Source: a bacterium
Lineage (GTDB): Bacteria > Patescibacteriota > Minisyncoccia > Minisyncoccales > CG1-02-41-26
DNA length: 55,570 nucleotides
Assembly: GCA_021162885.1 (NCBI GenBank)
Contig: JAGGXV010000022.1
Location: forward strand, 1-55,570
Direction: 5' to 3'
Position numbers and translations under genes: made by a program. The notes under the pieces were generated by a model, which was given only the letters and a program-made list of their open reading frames with translations, was not told the DNA's origin and ran no database searches. This document shows, piece by piece, positions 39,147 through 49,735 of this stretch. Each line of letters starts with the position of its first letter. The first letter of the stretch is position 1.

Positions 39147-40544
39147 ATGCTCAAAATTTACAATACGCTTTCGCGAAAAAAAGAAGTTTTCAAACCGCGA
39201 AAAGATAAAAAAGTAAACATTTTTGTTTGTGGGCCAACGGTTTATGATTACTCGCATTTAGGTCATGCCAGAACCTATCTCTGTTATGATATGCTGGTTC
39301 GTTATTTGAAATTTCTGGGCTACAAAGTTTTTTATTTGCAAAACATCACAGACATTGACGATAAAATTATAAAAAGAGCCAAAGAAAAAAAGAAAAGTTG
39401 GAAAGAGATTGCTCGATTTTTTGAAAAAGAATACTTAAAAGATATGCGCTCATTAAAGATTGAGAGTGTCACAAAATACGCCCGAGCGACCGAGCATATC
39501 AAAGAAATTCAAAGCCAAGTGAAAAGGTTGTTAGAAAAAGGATATGCCTATCAAATAAAAGATGGAATTTACTATAACATTAAAAAATTTAAAGATTATG
39601 GAAAATTGTCCAGGAGAACAGTTGAACAAGCCGAAGACTCCACTTCTCGGATTGATATAGCCCACAAAAAAAGAAATAAAGGAGATTTTTGCTTGTGGAA
39701 ATTCTCCAAACCAGGGGAACCTGTCTGGAAGAGTCCCTGGGGCGATGGCCGACCTGGTTGGCATATTGAAGATACCGCCATTGCTGAAAAATATTTTGGA
39801 CTCCAATATGATATTCACGGAGGTGCCAGAGATTTGATTTTTCCCCATCACGAAGCAGAAATCGCTCAGATGGAAGCAATTTCCGGAAAAAAACCAATGG
39901 TTAAATATTGGATTCACACCGGTTTTTTAACGGTAGATGGTCAAAAAATGGCAAAATCCTTGGGCAATTTTATTACCATAAAGGATTTTCTAAAAAAATA
40001 TTCGCCTAGTGTTTTAAGATTTATTGTTTTTTCCTCCCATTATCGCTCCCCTCTTGATTACTCAGACACATTAACAAAAGAAGCCAAAATAAATTTAGAA
40101 AGATTAGAAGAATTTTTAAAGCGACTGAAAGCAACAAAAGGAAAGCTGGCAAAAAGCAACAAAAAAATAATAAAAAATTTTGAAAAAAAATTTCTTCAGG
40201 CTCTAAAGGATGATTTTAACACACCAAAAGCTAAAGGGCTTCTTTTTAATTTTGTCGCCAAAATCAACAAAAAAATTGACAAGGACCAAATTTCCCAAAG
40301 CCAGGCAAAAGAGATTTATAATTTTTTCAAAAAGCAAAACAAAATTTTTGGATTTTTGGACTTCCAGAAAATTGAGAAAAAACATGCCTTGCCGAAAGAA
40401 GTCAAAAAATTAGTCGAACTTCGCGAAAAATACAGAACTCAGAAAAATTGGCTCCGAGCCGACCAAATCCGCAAAAAAATCCACCATCTCGGCTACCAAA
40501 TTGAAGACACCAAAAAAGGCCCCAAAGTAAAGAAGATTAAGTGA
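39147..40544 (+). CDS. cysS: cysteinyl-tRNA synthetase
   Basis: 465 aa. Motifs are CGPTVYDYSHLGHARTY (HIGH), WHIEDTA and KMAKSLGN (KMSKS). Confidence 0.95.
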   Translation: MLKIYNTLSRKKEVFKPRKDKKVNIFVCGPTVYDYSHLGHARTYLCYDMLVRYLKFLGYKVFYLQNITDIDDKIIKRAKEKKKSWKEIARFFEKEYLKDMRSLKIESVTKYARATEHIKEIQSQVKRLLEKGYAYQIKDGIYYNIKKFKDYGKLSRRTVEQAEDSTSRIDIAHKKRNKGDFCLWKFSKPGEPVWKSPWGDGRPGWHIEDTAIAEKYFGLQYDIHGGARDLIFPHHEAEIAQMEAISGKKPMVKYWIHTGFLTVDGQKMAKSLGNFITIKDFLKKYSPSVLRFIVFSSHYRSPLDYSDTLTKEAKINLERLEEFLKRLKATKGKLAKSNKKIIKNFEKKFLQALKDDFNTPKAKGLLFNFVAKINKKIDKDQISQSQAKEIYNFFKKQNKIFGFLDFQKIEKKHALPKEVKKLVELREKYRTQKNWLRADQIRKKIHHLGYQIEDTKKGPKVKKIK

Positions 40545-40583
40545 TTGAGTCATCAAGTGATTAAGTGGTTGAGAAAAAAATAC

Positions 40584-40617
40584 GGGTGTTCCTCATTTTG
40601 AGAAACACCCTTTTTTT
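40584..40617 (+). terminator. rho-independent terminator of cysS
   Basis: gggtgtt (40584-90) pairs with aacaccc (40604-10), followed by ttttttt. Confidence 0.7.
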
Positions 40618-40766
40618 AATTGGTTTGTTTCGTTAATTCACTTTAATTTATTTTCAGTAATATTATTTCTTCACAGTAATCAGATAAAATAAAACCTGGT
40701 ATGCCTTTTTTAAATTTAAAGTACCTTATTATACCAAAAAAGCCAAAAATGTCAAAAAACAGACAT

Positions 40767-40795
40767 TTGACATCGGAGGTTTGGGAAATTATAAT
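40767..40795 (+). promoter_or_regulatory. consensus sigma70-type promoter upstream of dnaB
   Basis: TTGACA (40767-72) is followed by 17 nt and then TATAAT (40790-95). The ATG lies 11 nt after the -10. Confidence 0.6.
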
Positions 40796-40806
40796 GGAGA
40801 TGAAAT

Positions 40807-43455
40807 ATGCCCCAAGAACTTCCGGAGAAACTTCCTCCACAAAATATTGAGGCAGAAAAATCCCTCTTGGGCTGTTTGATGATTGACCCCGAAGCTATTT
40901 TAAAAGTGGTGGATTTTTTAATACCTCGTGATTTTTACAAAGATTCCCACCAAAAAATCTATCAGGCGATGGTCGACCTTTTTGAAAAAAAAGAGCCAAT
41001 TGATGTCTTGAGTATTTCTTCAAAATTGCGAGAAAAAAATCAATTAGAAGAAATTGGTGGGGCTGCTTACTTGACTTCTTTGGTAAATTTCGTGCCAACT
41101 GCTTCTCATATTTTAAATTATGCCAAAATCGTTCAGCAAAAGAGGATTTTAAGAGATTTAATCGAAGCCAGTCATGAAATCGGCATAATGGGTTACCAAG
41201 AGTCAGAGGATGTTGATGTTTTGTTAGACAGAGCGGAAAAAAAGATTTTTAGTATTGCTCAAAAATCCTTAACTCAAACCTTCACTCCAGTCAAAGAAAC
41301 TTTAGAAGATACCTTCAAGAGAATTGACGAACTCTCAAAACACAAAGGAGGATTGCGGGGCATTCCAACCGGCTTTCGAGCTTTAGACAACATTTTAGCC
41401 GGGTTGCAAAAATCCGATTTGATAATCTTGGCTGGAAGACCTTCTCTTGGCAAGTCGGCATTGGCTACGGATATCGCTCGCCATGTTGCGTGTCAGCATA
41501 AAATACCGGTTGGAATTTTTAGTTTAGAAATGTCAAAAGATCAAATCACTGATAGGTTAATCGCCGCCCAGGCTGATATTGACTTGTGGCGATTGAGAAC
41601 CGGTCGGCTTTCCGACAAAGGCGAAGACAACGATTTTAGAAGGATCCAGCAAGCAATGGGGCTTTTGTCGGAGGCGCCTATTTATATTGATGATGCTGCC
41701 GGCTCTAACATTTTGCAAATGCGGGCGATGGCAAGAAGGCTGCAAGCAGACAAGGGCTTAGGGCTTTTAATTGTTGATTATTTGCAATTAATGGAGCCAA
41801 GAAATCCGACCCAAAGTATAGTTCAGCAAGTTACCGAAAACTCAAAGGCTCTGAAAAGCTTGGCGAAAGAGCTGAATGTTCCGGTTTTGGTTCTCTCCCA
41901 ACTTTCCAGAGCGGTTGAGCAAAGAACTCCTCAAATCCCAAGGTTAGCTGACCTTCGCGAATCAGGCTGCCTAACAGGAGACACTCTTTTAACCAGAGCG
42001 GATACCGGAGAGAGAATTCCCATCAAAGAACTGGTAGGAAAAACAAACATTCCCATCCATTCTCTCGATGAGAATTGGCAAATAGTAGAAAGAAGAATTT
42101 CAAAGGTATTTTGTTCCGGTGAAAAAATGGTCTATGAGCTCAAAACTAGAAGCGGTTTTACAATTAAGGCCTCCAGCAATCATCCTTTTTGGACAGTAAA
42201 AGGATGGCGACGGCTTGACGAACTTAAAATTGGTGATCGCATTGCCACCCCCAAAGAACTAAAAATCAGCTCTCCCAAAAATGAACTTTCCGAAGATGAA
42301 ATTATTCTTTTAGCCCATCTTTTGGGTGATGGTTGTATTCTGCCTCGACAACCTTATCATTACACCAGCGCTGATATTGAAAGTATTAGAATTGTAACAG
42401 AAAAAGCTTCCAAGTTATTTGGCGTTAACCCAAGAATTATCAAACAAAAAAATTGGTGGCACGTTTATCTGCCAAGTCCTCGACATTTAACCCATAGCAA
42501 ATTTCATCCTATTACTGAATGGTATAAATCTTTAGGGATCAAGAGAGTCCATTCTTGGGAAAAAGAAATTCCTCAAAAAGTATTCTCTTTAGACAACGAA
42601 CATTTATCTTTATTCTTAAAACACCTTTGGGCAACCGATGGACATATTGGATACAGACAATGCAGAAGAAAAAATGGAAAACCTGGTAGTGAAATTGGAA
42701 CAATTTATTATGCTTCAACTAGTAAGAAAATGACAATGGCAATTAAATATCTTTTATTGAGGTTTGGCATAAGAAGCAAGATCCGCTTAAGTAAAAAAGG
42801 AAATTATAGGATCTGTTACCAAGTCCATATTGAAGGAACTGCCCATCAAATGACTTTTCTAACGAAAATAGGATGCTTTGGCAAAAAAGGAGAAATTATT
42901 CCCAAAATTATTAAAAAATTAAAACAAATTAAACCAAACCCTAACCTTGATGTTTGGCCAAAAGAGACCTGGCAGTTTATTATCAACCCAATAAGAGAAG
43001 CTAGAGGTATATCGTGGCGCGATTTTAGCAGGGGTATTAACACTGCCTATTGTGGGAGTACTCTTTTTAAACATGGCATCGGAGTAGCAAGAATGGAAAG
43101 AATAGCTCAATGCCTAAACTCGTCAATTATTGCTAATATGACGCGGGCTAATATCTTCTGGGATGAAATTGTTTCGATAAAACCTTTAGGAGTTCAAAAA
43201 GTTTACGACGCCACTGTCCCAGGACTACATAATTTTGTTGCTAATGGTATCATTGTCGAAAACAGTATCGAGCAAGATAGCGACGTAGTTTTGTTCATTT
43301 ATCGCGAAGATAAGTATAAACCAAACACCGAAAGAAAAAATATCGCCGATATCATTATTGCCAAACACCGAAACGGCCCGGTAGGTAAAGTTGAACTTTA
43401 TTTTGATGAACCAAGAGTGAGTTTTAGGGATTTAGAAAAAGGATACAGTGAATAA
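40807..43455 (+). CDS. dnaB: replicative DNA helicase DnaB precursor containing one intein
   Basis: 882 aa. Motifs are PPQNIEAEKSLLG, GRPSLGKSA (Walker A) and LLIVDYLQLM. RLADLRESG is interrupted before SIEQDSDVV. The exteins total 450 aa. Confidence 0.95.
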   Translation: MPQELPEKLPPQNIEAEKSLLGCLMIDPEAILKVVDFLIPRDFYKDSHQKIYQAMVDLFEKKEPIDVLSISSKLREKNQLEEIGGAAYLTSLVNFVPTASHILNYAKIVQQKRILRDLIEASHEIGIMGYQESEDVDVLLDRAEKKIFSIAQKSLTQTFTPVKETLEDTFKRIDELSKHKGGLRGIPTGFRALDNILAGLQKSDLIILAGRPSLGKSALATDIARHVACQHKIPVGIFSLEMSKDQITDRLIAAQADIDLWRLRTGRLSDKGEDNDFRRIQQAMGLLSEAPIYIDDAAGSNILQMRAMARRLQADKGLGLLIVDYLQLMEPRNPTQSIVQQVTENSKALKSLAKELNVPVLVLSQLSRAVEQRTPQIPRLADLRESGCLTGDTLLTRADTGERIPIKELVGKTNIPIHSLDENWQIVERRISKVFCSGEKMVYELKTRSGFTIKASSNHPFWTVKGWRRLDELKIGDRIATPKELKISSPKNELSEDEIILLAHLLGDGCILPRQPYHYTSADIESIRIVTEKASKLFGVNPRIIKQKNWWHVYLPSPRHLTHSKFHPITEWYKSLGIKRVHSWEKEIPQKVFSLDNEHLSLFLKHLWATDGHIGYRQCRRKNGKPGSEIGTIYYASTSKKMTMAIKYLLLRFGIRSKIRLSKKGNYRICYQVHIEGTAHQMTFLTKIGCFGKKGEIIPKIIKKLKQIKPNPNLDVWPKETWQFIINPIREARGISWRDFSRGINTAYCGSTLFKHGIGVARMERIAQCLNSSIIANMTRANIFWDEIVSIKPLGVQKVYDATVPGLHNFVANGIIVENSIEQDSDVVLFIYREDKYKPNTERKNIADIIIAKHRNGPVGKVELYFDEPRVSFRDLEKGYSE
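41968..43263 (+). mobile_element. DnaB intein with LAGLIDADG homing-endonuclease domain (432 aa)
   Basis: It starts at Cys (CLTGDTLL) and ends ...HNFVANGIIVEN, followed by the +1 Ser of SIEQD. It carries two LAGLIDADG blocks, LLAHLLGDGCIL and FLKHLWATDGHIG. Confidence 0.9.
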
Positions 43456-43488
43456 TTTTCAATTTTCAATTTTCAATTTTCAATTTCC
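43454..43488. repeat. (AATTTTC)x4 plus one degenerate unit filling the dnaB-recR spacer
   Basis: aattttc x4 (43454-81) followed by aatttcc. It begins inside the dnaB stop codon and ends 3 nt before the recR ATG. Confidence 0.95.
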
Positions 43489-43491
43489 AAA

Positions 43492-44097
43492 ATGTTTTCA
43501 CCAACGGTGCAAAAACTTATTACTCTTTTTTCAAAATTTCCGACGGTTGGACCGAGAACAGCCGCTCGATTTGTTTTTTATTTAATAAAAACACCAAAAG
43601 AGAAAGTTGACGAATTGATAAAATCAATCCAAGAATTAAAAACCAAGATAAAAATTTGTCCTCGTTGCTTCAAGTCGTTTGAAGGCGAGGATGAGTTTTG
43701 CCCAATTTGTTCTGACCCACGAAGAGAAAAAAGTATAATATGTCTGGTTGAAAAAGAGGTTGATTTGGAGGCCCTTGAAAGAACTGGAAAATTCAAAGGG
43801 CTTTATTTTGTTTTAGGAGGGACAATTTCTGGTTTTGAAAAAAAGCGGGAGAAAGAAAGAATCGAAGAGCGGATTAAAAAATTACGAGAACGTATTGAGA
43901 AAGGAGAGAAAATTGAGGAAATTATTTTAGCCCTCAATCCTACACCCGAAGGACAGAATACTTCTTTGTGGTTGCAAAGAAAACTAGCTGATATAAAAGT
44001 AAAAATCACCCAGCTGGGTAAAGGATTACCAGTGGGTGGCGAATTAGAATATGCTGATGAAGAAACGCTATCTTCAGCTCTTGAAAGCAGAAAGTAA
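43492..44097 (+). CDS. recR: recombination protein RecR
   Basis: 201 aa. It has FPTVGPRTAARF (HhH), the zinc finger CPRC..CPIC, and a Toprim region ICLVEKEVD. Confidence 0.93.
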   Translation: MFSPTVQKLITLFSKFPTVGPRTAARFVFYLIKTPKEKVDELIKSIQELKTKIKICPRCFKSFEGEDEFCPICSDPRREKSIICLVEKEVDLEALERTGKFKGLYFVLGGTISGFEKKREKERIEERIKKLRERIEKGEKIEEIILALNPTPEGQNTSLWLQRKLADIKVKITQLGKGLPVGGELEYADEETLSSALESRK

Positions 44098-44145
44098 ATT
44101 ATGAATTATGAATAAATAGTGAGGGACTAAAAATTCCCCCAATTC

Positions 44146-44469
44146 CTAATTCTTGTTTCCTAATTCTATTTTTGTGATTTCCACTTCAGTATAGGGTTGT
44201 CTATGACCCTGCTTTTTTTTGTAACGTTTTTTGGGCTTATATTTGAAGATAATTACTTTTTCACCCTTTCCTTGTTTTAATACTTTACCAATAACCTTTG
44301 CTCCCTTAACTTTTGGGGTACCAATTTCCACTTTTTTGTTTTTTTCCAATAATAAAATATCGCTGAAGACAACTTCTTCGCCCTCTTTTTTCTCAATTTT
44401 CTCAATTTTTATTTTATCACCTGGCGAAACAAGATATTGTTTACCACCAGTTCGAATAACTGCTAGCAT
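44146..44469 (-). CDS. rplU: 50S ribosomal protein L21
   Basis: 107 aa. MLAVIRTGGKQYLVSPGDKIKIEKI and KKKQGHRQPYTEVEI are canonical L21 sequences. Confidence 0.95.
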   Translation of the reverse strand: MLAVIRTGGKQYLVSPGDKIKIEKIEKKEGEEVVFSDILLLEKNKKVEIGTPKVKGAKVIGKVLKQGKGEKVIIFKYKPKKRYKKKQGHRQPYTEVEITKIELGNKN

Positions 44470-44480
44470 ATTAAGAAAGA

Positions 44481-44628
44481 CGAGGCAGGCCTGCTGACCA
44501 TCGGCCTCTCGGAGGCCGAGCGGGCAGGGTTTCCCGCTGAAAGCGGGAAGAGCGAGGCCGAGAGTGGAGCGGCAATTTCCTCGCTGGGGAAATTGACCGC
44601 GTCCGATGGGCAGTAGGGCCTGCCGAGC
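44481..44628 (-). ncRNA. GC-rich multi-helix structured RNA candidate immediately upstream of rplU (leader or independent small RNA)
   Basis: My hand count gives about 100 G+C in 150 nt. The long closing helix is ggcaggcc..ccatcgg (44484-504) with ccgatgg..ggcctgcc (44603-24). Inner hairpins are ttcccgc/gcgggaa (44531-49) and gcggcaatttcc/ggaaattgaccgc (44569-600), with ctctcgg/ccgagag pairing. No ORF is present. Confidence 0.6.
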
Positions 44629-44630
44629 AC

Positions 44631-45566
44631 CTACTCTAGTTTTTTTCTTTCCTCAGGCGCTTCTAACTCCCCCAACCTTTCAATTTTCTCAACCAATCTG
44701 CCAAATCTACTCCTTGTTCTATCGGAAGCGGTTTTGGCGTGGTCAATATGACCAATTAAGGTGGAAAGTTCCCCATCAAATTTTATTGCTTCTTGCTGAA
44801 TTGCTTTCATTCCTTGTAAAATTTTCTTTGTCGAGTTTTCAATTTTTGCCCCCTCAAGCCCCATCATTATAATTTTTAAAAAATAATAGAAAGAATTTGG
44901 CGAAACAAAATAAACTTTTTTCTGATATCCGTAATCCAAAATTTCTGGTTGATTTGAAGTAATCTCATAATAAACTGGTTCCGATGGTACATACATTAAA
45001 GCAAAGTCAACCGTTCCTTCTTGGGGTAAAATATATTTTTTAGTAATATCATCAATGTGTTTTTTAATATCTCGGATAAATTCTTTCTGGAAATTATGTT
45101 TCATTTCTGAATTTGCCTGAGCCACCTTTCTAAAATTTTCCATCGGAAATTTAGAATCAATTGGAATAATCCCCTGATTTGTCTTAACAATCGCATCAAC
45201 AATTTGACCTTCCCTGAATTGATATTGCAAAGAAAAACTCTGCTTTGGTAAAACTTGCTCTAATAAATCTCTTAGAACTTGCTCGCCAATGTTCCCTCTT
45301 AATTTCGGTGAGCGCAAAAAATCTTGAAATTCTTTGATTCCTCTACCAATCTCTTGAACTTTGCCCAACTGATAAGCCATTTGAGAATAACCATTTTCAA
45401 ATTTCTTCCTTAGATTTTCGATATCTTGTTTTATCATCCCCAAAGGCATCTCTTCTCTTTGAGATTCTTTCAGTTTTTGGGTTTCTCTTCGGATATAAAA
45501 GACAGAAATGCCAATCCCGGCTATGACAATCAAAAAAACAATTAAAATAAAAATAAAATCCGACAT
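44631..45566 (-). CDS. rmuC: DNA recombination protein RmuC
   Basis: 311 aa with an N-terminal TM segment and coiled coil. The C-terminal nuclease-like region is IPIDSKFP ... DFALMYVPSEPVYYE. Confidence 0.85.
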   Translation of the reverse strand: MSDFIFILIVFLIVIAGIGISVFYIRRETQKLKESQREEMPLGMIKQDIENLRKKFENGYSQMAYQLGKVQEIGRGIKEFQDFLRSPKLRGNIGEQVLRDLLEQVLPKQSFSLQYQFREGQIVDAIVKTNQGIIPIDSKFPMENFRKVAQANSEMKHNFQKEFIRDIKKHIDDITKKYILPQEGTVDFALMYVPSEPVYYEITSNQPEILDYGYQKKVYFVSPNSFYYFLKIIMMGLEGAKIENSTKKILQGMKAIQQEAIKFDGELSTLIGHIDHAKTASDRTRSRFGRLVEKIERLGELEAPEERKKLE

Positions 45567-45567
45567 A

Positions 45568-45960
45568 CTAGATTATTTTATTTGCGATAAGTTGGGTTAA
45601 TTTTTCTGCTAAACTCAAAATTTTTTTACATTCTTGACGAGAATAAACTCTTATTTCAGGAGGATAACGGGATTCAATATAGTATTTATTTAAAGTTATT
45701 AGGTCATCTTTAAGCTGTTGAAAATCTCTATCTATTTCTTTACAAAGATTCATTAAAAACATTAAATCATGAACTTTAGGAAACCTCTTTCGATTAAAAA
45801 CCAAAAATCCTTTTAAGTATTTTTCAACTGCTTGATGACAGTGAAAACACAAAGTATCCGAAGGACCTTTCTCTCGATAAAGAATTTCAGCAGCCCTTAA
45901 ATCATTCTGGGCTTTTATTATCCATTCTTGAAATAATTTAGGATTATTATTTACCGGCAT
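45568..45960 (-). CDS. HEPN-domain protein (toxin-like partner of the adjacent nucleotidyltransferase)
   Basis: 130 aa. It has AQNDLRAAEIL, HCHQAVEKYLK and YYIESRYP (R-x4-6-H-type HEPN region). Confidence 0.8.
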   Translation of the reverse strand: MPVNNNPKLFQEWIIKAQNDLRAAEILYREKGPSDTLCFHCHQAVEKYLKGFLVFNRKRFPKVHDLMFLMNLCKEIDRDFQQLKDDLITLNKYYIESRYPPEIRVYSRQECKKILSLAEKLTQLIANKII

Positions 45961-46264
45961 AAATCAATTTTCCTTTTTTAACAATATCTTCAATGAAAAA
46001 ATATCCTAATGACAAACGTTCTTTTACCTCGTTTGGAGTATAAACTAAAATATCTAAGGGAATTTTTCTATCTGAAAGAATTTCTTCGACTTTTGCCAAT
46101 CGTTCTCCCTTGGCTTTTTTAGTATTTTTTACAATAAACAGATCTACATCACTATCTTGAGTGGGATTACCCCAAGCAAAACTACCAAAAAGGATAATCT
46201 TCTCTGGCTTGTACTTTCTTGCAATCTGCCTGACAATTTTTTTGATTTCTTTTTGATTTTCCAT
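45947..46264 (-). CDS. minimal nucleotidyltransferase (MNT, antitoxin-like partner of HEPN)
   Basis: 105 aa with LFGSFAWGNPTQDSDVDLFIV (GS and DxD motifs). It overlaps the HEPN gene by 14 nt. Confidence 0.85.
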   Translation of the reverse strand: MENQKEIKKIVRQIARKYKPEKIILFGSFAWGNPTQDSDVDLFIVKNTKKAKGERLAKVEEILSDRKIPLDILVYTPNEVKERLSLGYFFIEDIVKKGKLIYAGK

Positions 46265-46339
46265 AAAATATGATTTGTGACTTTATATTAACTATATTAA
46301 CATCATCTTCTTTAAATTTCAAATAAGAGAGGGAACTTT

Positions 46340-47293
46340 CTATTTTATGTGAAGTTGAAAAATGATGAAGAGGGCGTAAATGGCAAGTAAAATCAGGGCT
46401 TCTTTTTTGGTGATTTTTTGGCCGGTTCTAGCAAAAATAGCAAATGCAAAAGCAACAATTGCTGTAAATAAAATTCCTATTAGGTAAGGCGAAAAATTAG
46501 TAATTTTCAGAGGCGAGATTAAACTTACCAGTCCTAAAATTAAAGTTGAGTTGCAGATTACCGAACCCATAAAATTGCCCAAAACCATTTCTTTGTGACC
46601 TAAAGAAATCGCCCTCAAACTAAAAGTTATTTCTGGTAAAGTCGTTCCCAAGCCAACAAAAATAATGCCAGTAAAAATCAAAGGAAGGTTCATTACCGAA
46701 GATAAAATTCGAGCCGACCTTACCACTCCTTCACCAGCCAACAAAAGTAAAGCGACCCCTCCCCAAAAAACTGCTAAATCTTTTAAAAATAACTTGTATT
46801 GAGTCCAGTTCCGTTTATATTTATTAAAAACTTTGGTAAATCTTTGTTTTTCTTGAAAAATCATTTTTAGATAAAATACCAAAACGCCCAACAAAACTAT
46901 TCCATCCACCCTTGAAAAAGCCCCATCTAACATTAAAAGTAAAGGTAAAAAGCCACAGAGAGCGGCGTATAAAGCATCGCGTCGGGCAACCTGAGTTTCA
47001 AGTTTTAATCCTCCAGCAACTAAAGCTGCTATCCCAACTCCTAAAGTTAAATTTAAAATGTTGGCTCCAATAATATTGCCAAAGCTCAATTGAGGGATTT
47101 TATGGAAAGCCGAACTCAACCCAACAAAAAACTCTGGCAAAGAGGTAGCAAATGCCATTAATATAAAACTTACCAAAAACTCACTCCACTCTAAAAACCT
47201 GGCAATTCTGGTTAAAGCTTTTACTACCCATGTTGCTGATTTTACTAACAATACACAAGAACCAATAAAAATTAAAATATAAATTAAAGACAT
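46340..47293 (-). CDS. Ca2+/Na+ antiporter family (CaCA/YrbG-like) transporter
   Basis: 317 aa and polytopic. The two alpha-repeat signatures are GNIIGANILNLTLGVG and GNFMGSVICNSTLILG. Confidence 0.85.
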   Translation of the reverse strand: MSLIYILIFIGSCVLLVKSATWVVKALTRIARFLEWSEFLVSFILMAFATSLPEFFVGLSSAFHKIPQLSFGNIIGANILNLTLGVGIAALVAGGLKLETQVARRDALYAALCGFLPLLLMLDGAFSRVDGIVLLGVLVFYLKMIFQEKQRFTKVFNKYKRNWTQYKLFLKDLAVFWGGVALLLLAGEGVVRSARILSSVMNLPLIFTGIIFVGLGTTLPEITFSLRAISLGHKEMVLGNFMGSVICNSTLILGLVSLISPLKITNFSPYLIGILFTAIVAFAFAIFARTGQKITKKEALILLAIYALFIIFQLHIK

Positions 47294-47298
47294 TTTTG

Positions 47299-47537
47299 TT
47301 AAAATTTATCTACCAAACAAATAATTCTATTGTTTAAAACTTTAACTATTCCAGAAGAAATAGAAACTCTTGTTTCTTTAGCATCATTTTTAACAATTAT
47401 TTCTCCTTGAGTCAATAAACTGAAAAGAGGGGCGTGGTTTTCCAAAACTTGAAACTCCCCCTTTCTTCCAGGAAAAGTAACCCTCTTCACCTCTCCCTCA
47501 TATAATTTTTTATTGGCAGTTAAAATTTTTATTTCCA

Positions 47538-47538
<1 letters not shown>
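47299..47538 (-). CDS. atpC: F1 ATP synthase epsilon subunit, beta-sandwich domain only
   Basis: 79 aa. It has LYEGEVKRVTFPGRKGEFQVLENHAPL, and its position is directly after atpD. The C-terminal helical hairpin is absent. Confidence 0.8.
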
Positions 47539-49732
<2,194 letters not shown>

Positions 49733-49735
49733 AAG

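Noticed and set aside
40643-40840. A 65-aa minus-strand ORF lies upstream of and overlapping the dnaB start.
   Set aside because: It overlaps the dnaB promoter and start, has no SD and has shadow-like composition.
44481-44628. I considered SRP RNA or 6S RNA identity for the GC-rich element upstream of rplU, because of its long closing helix.
   Set aside because: The apical hairpins are 7- and 12-bp perfect stems, without the SRP domain IV loop pattern. The multi-branch fold also does not look like the 6S central-bubble rod. It is left unclassified.
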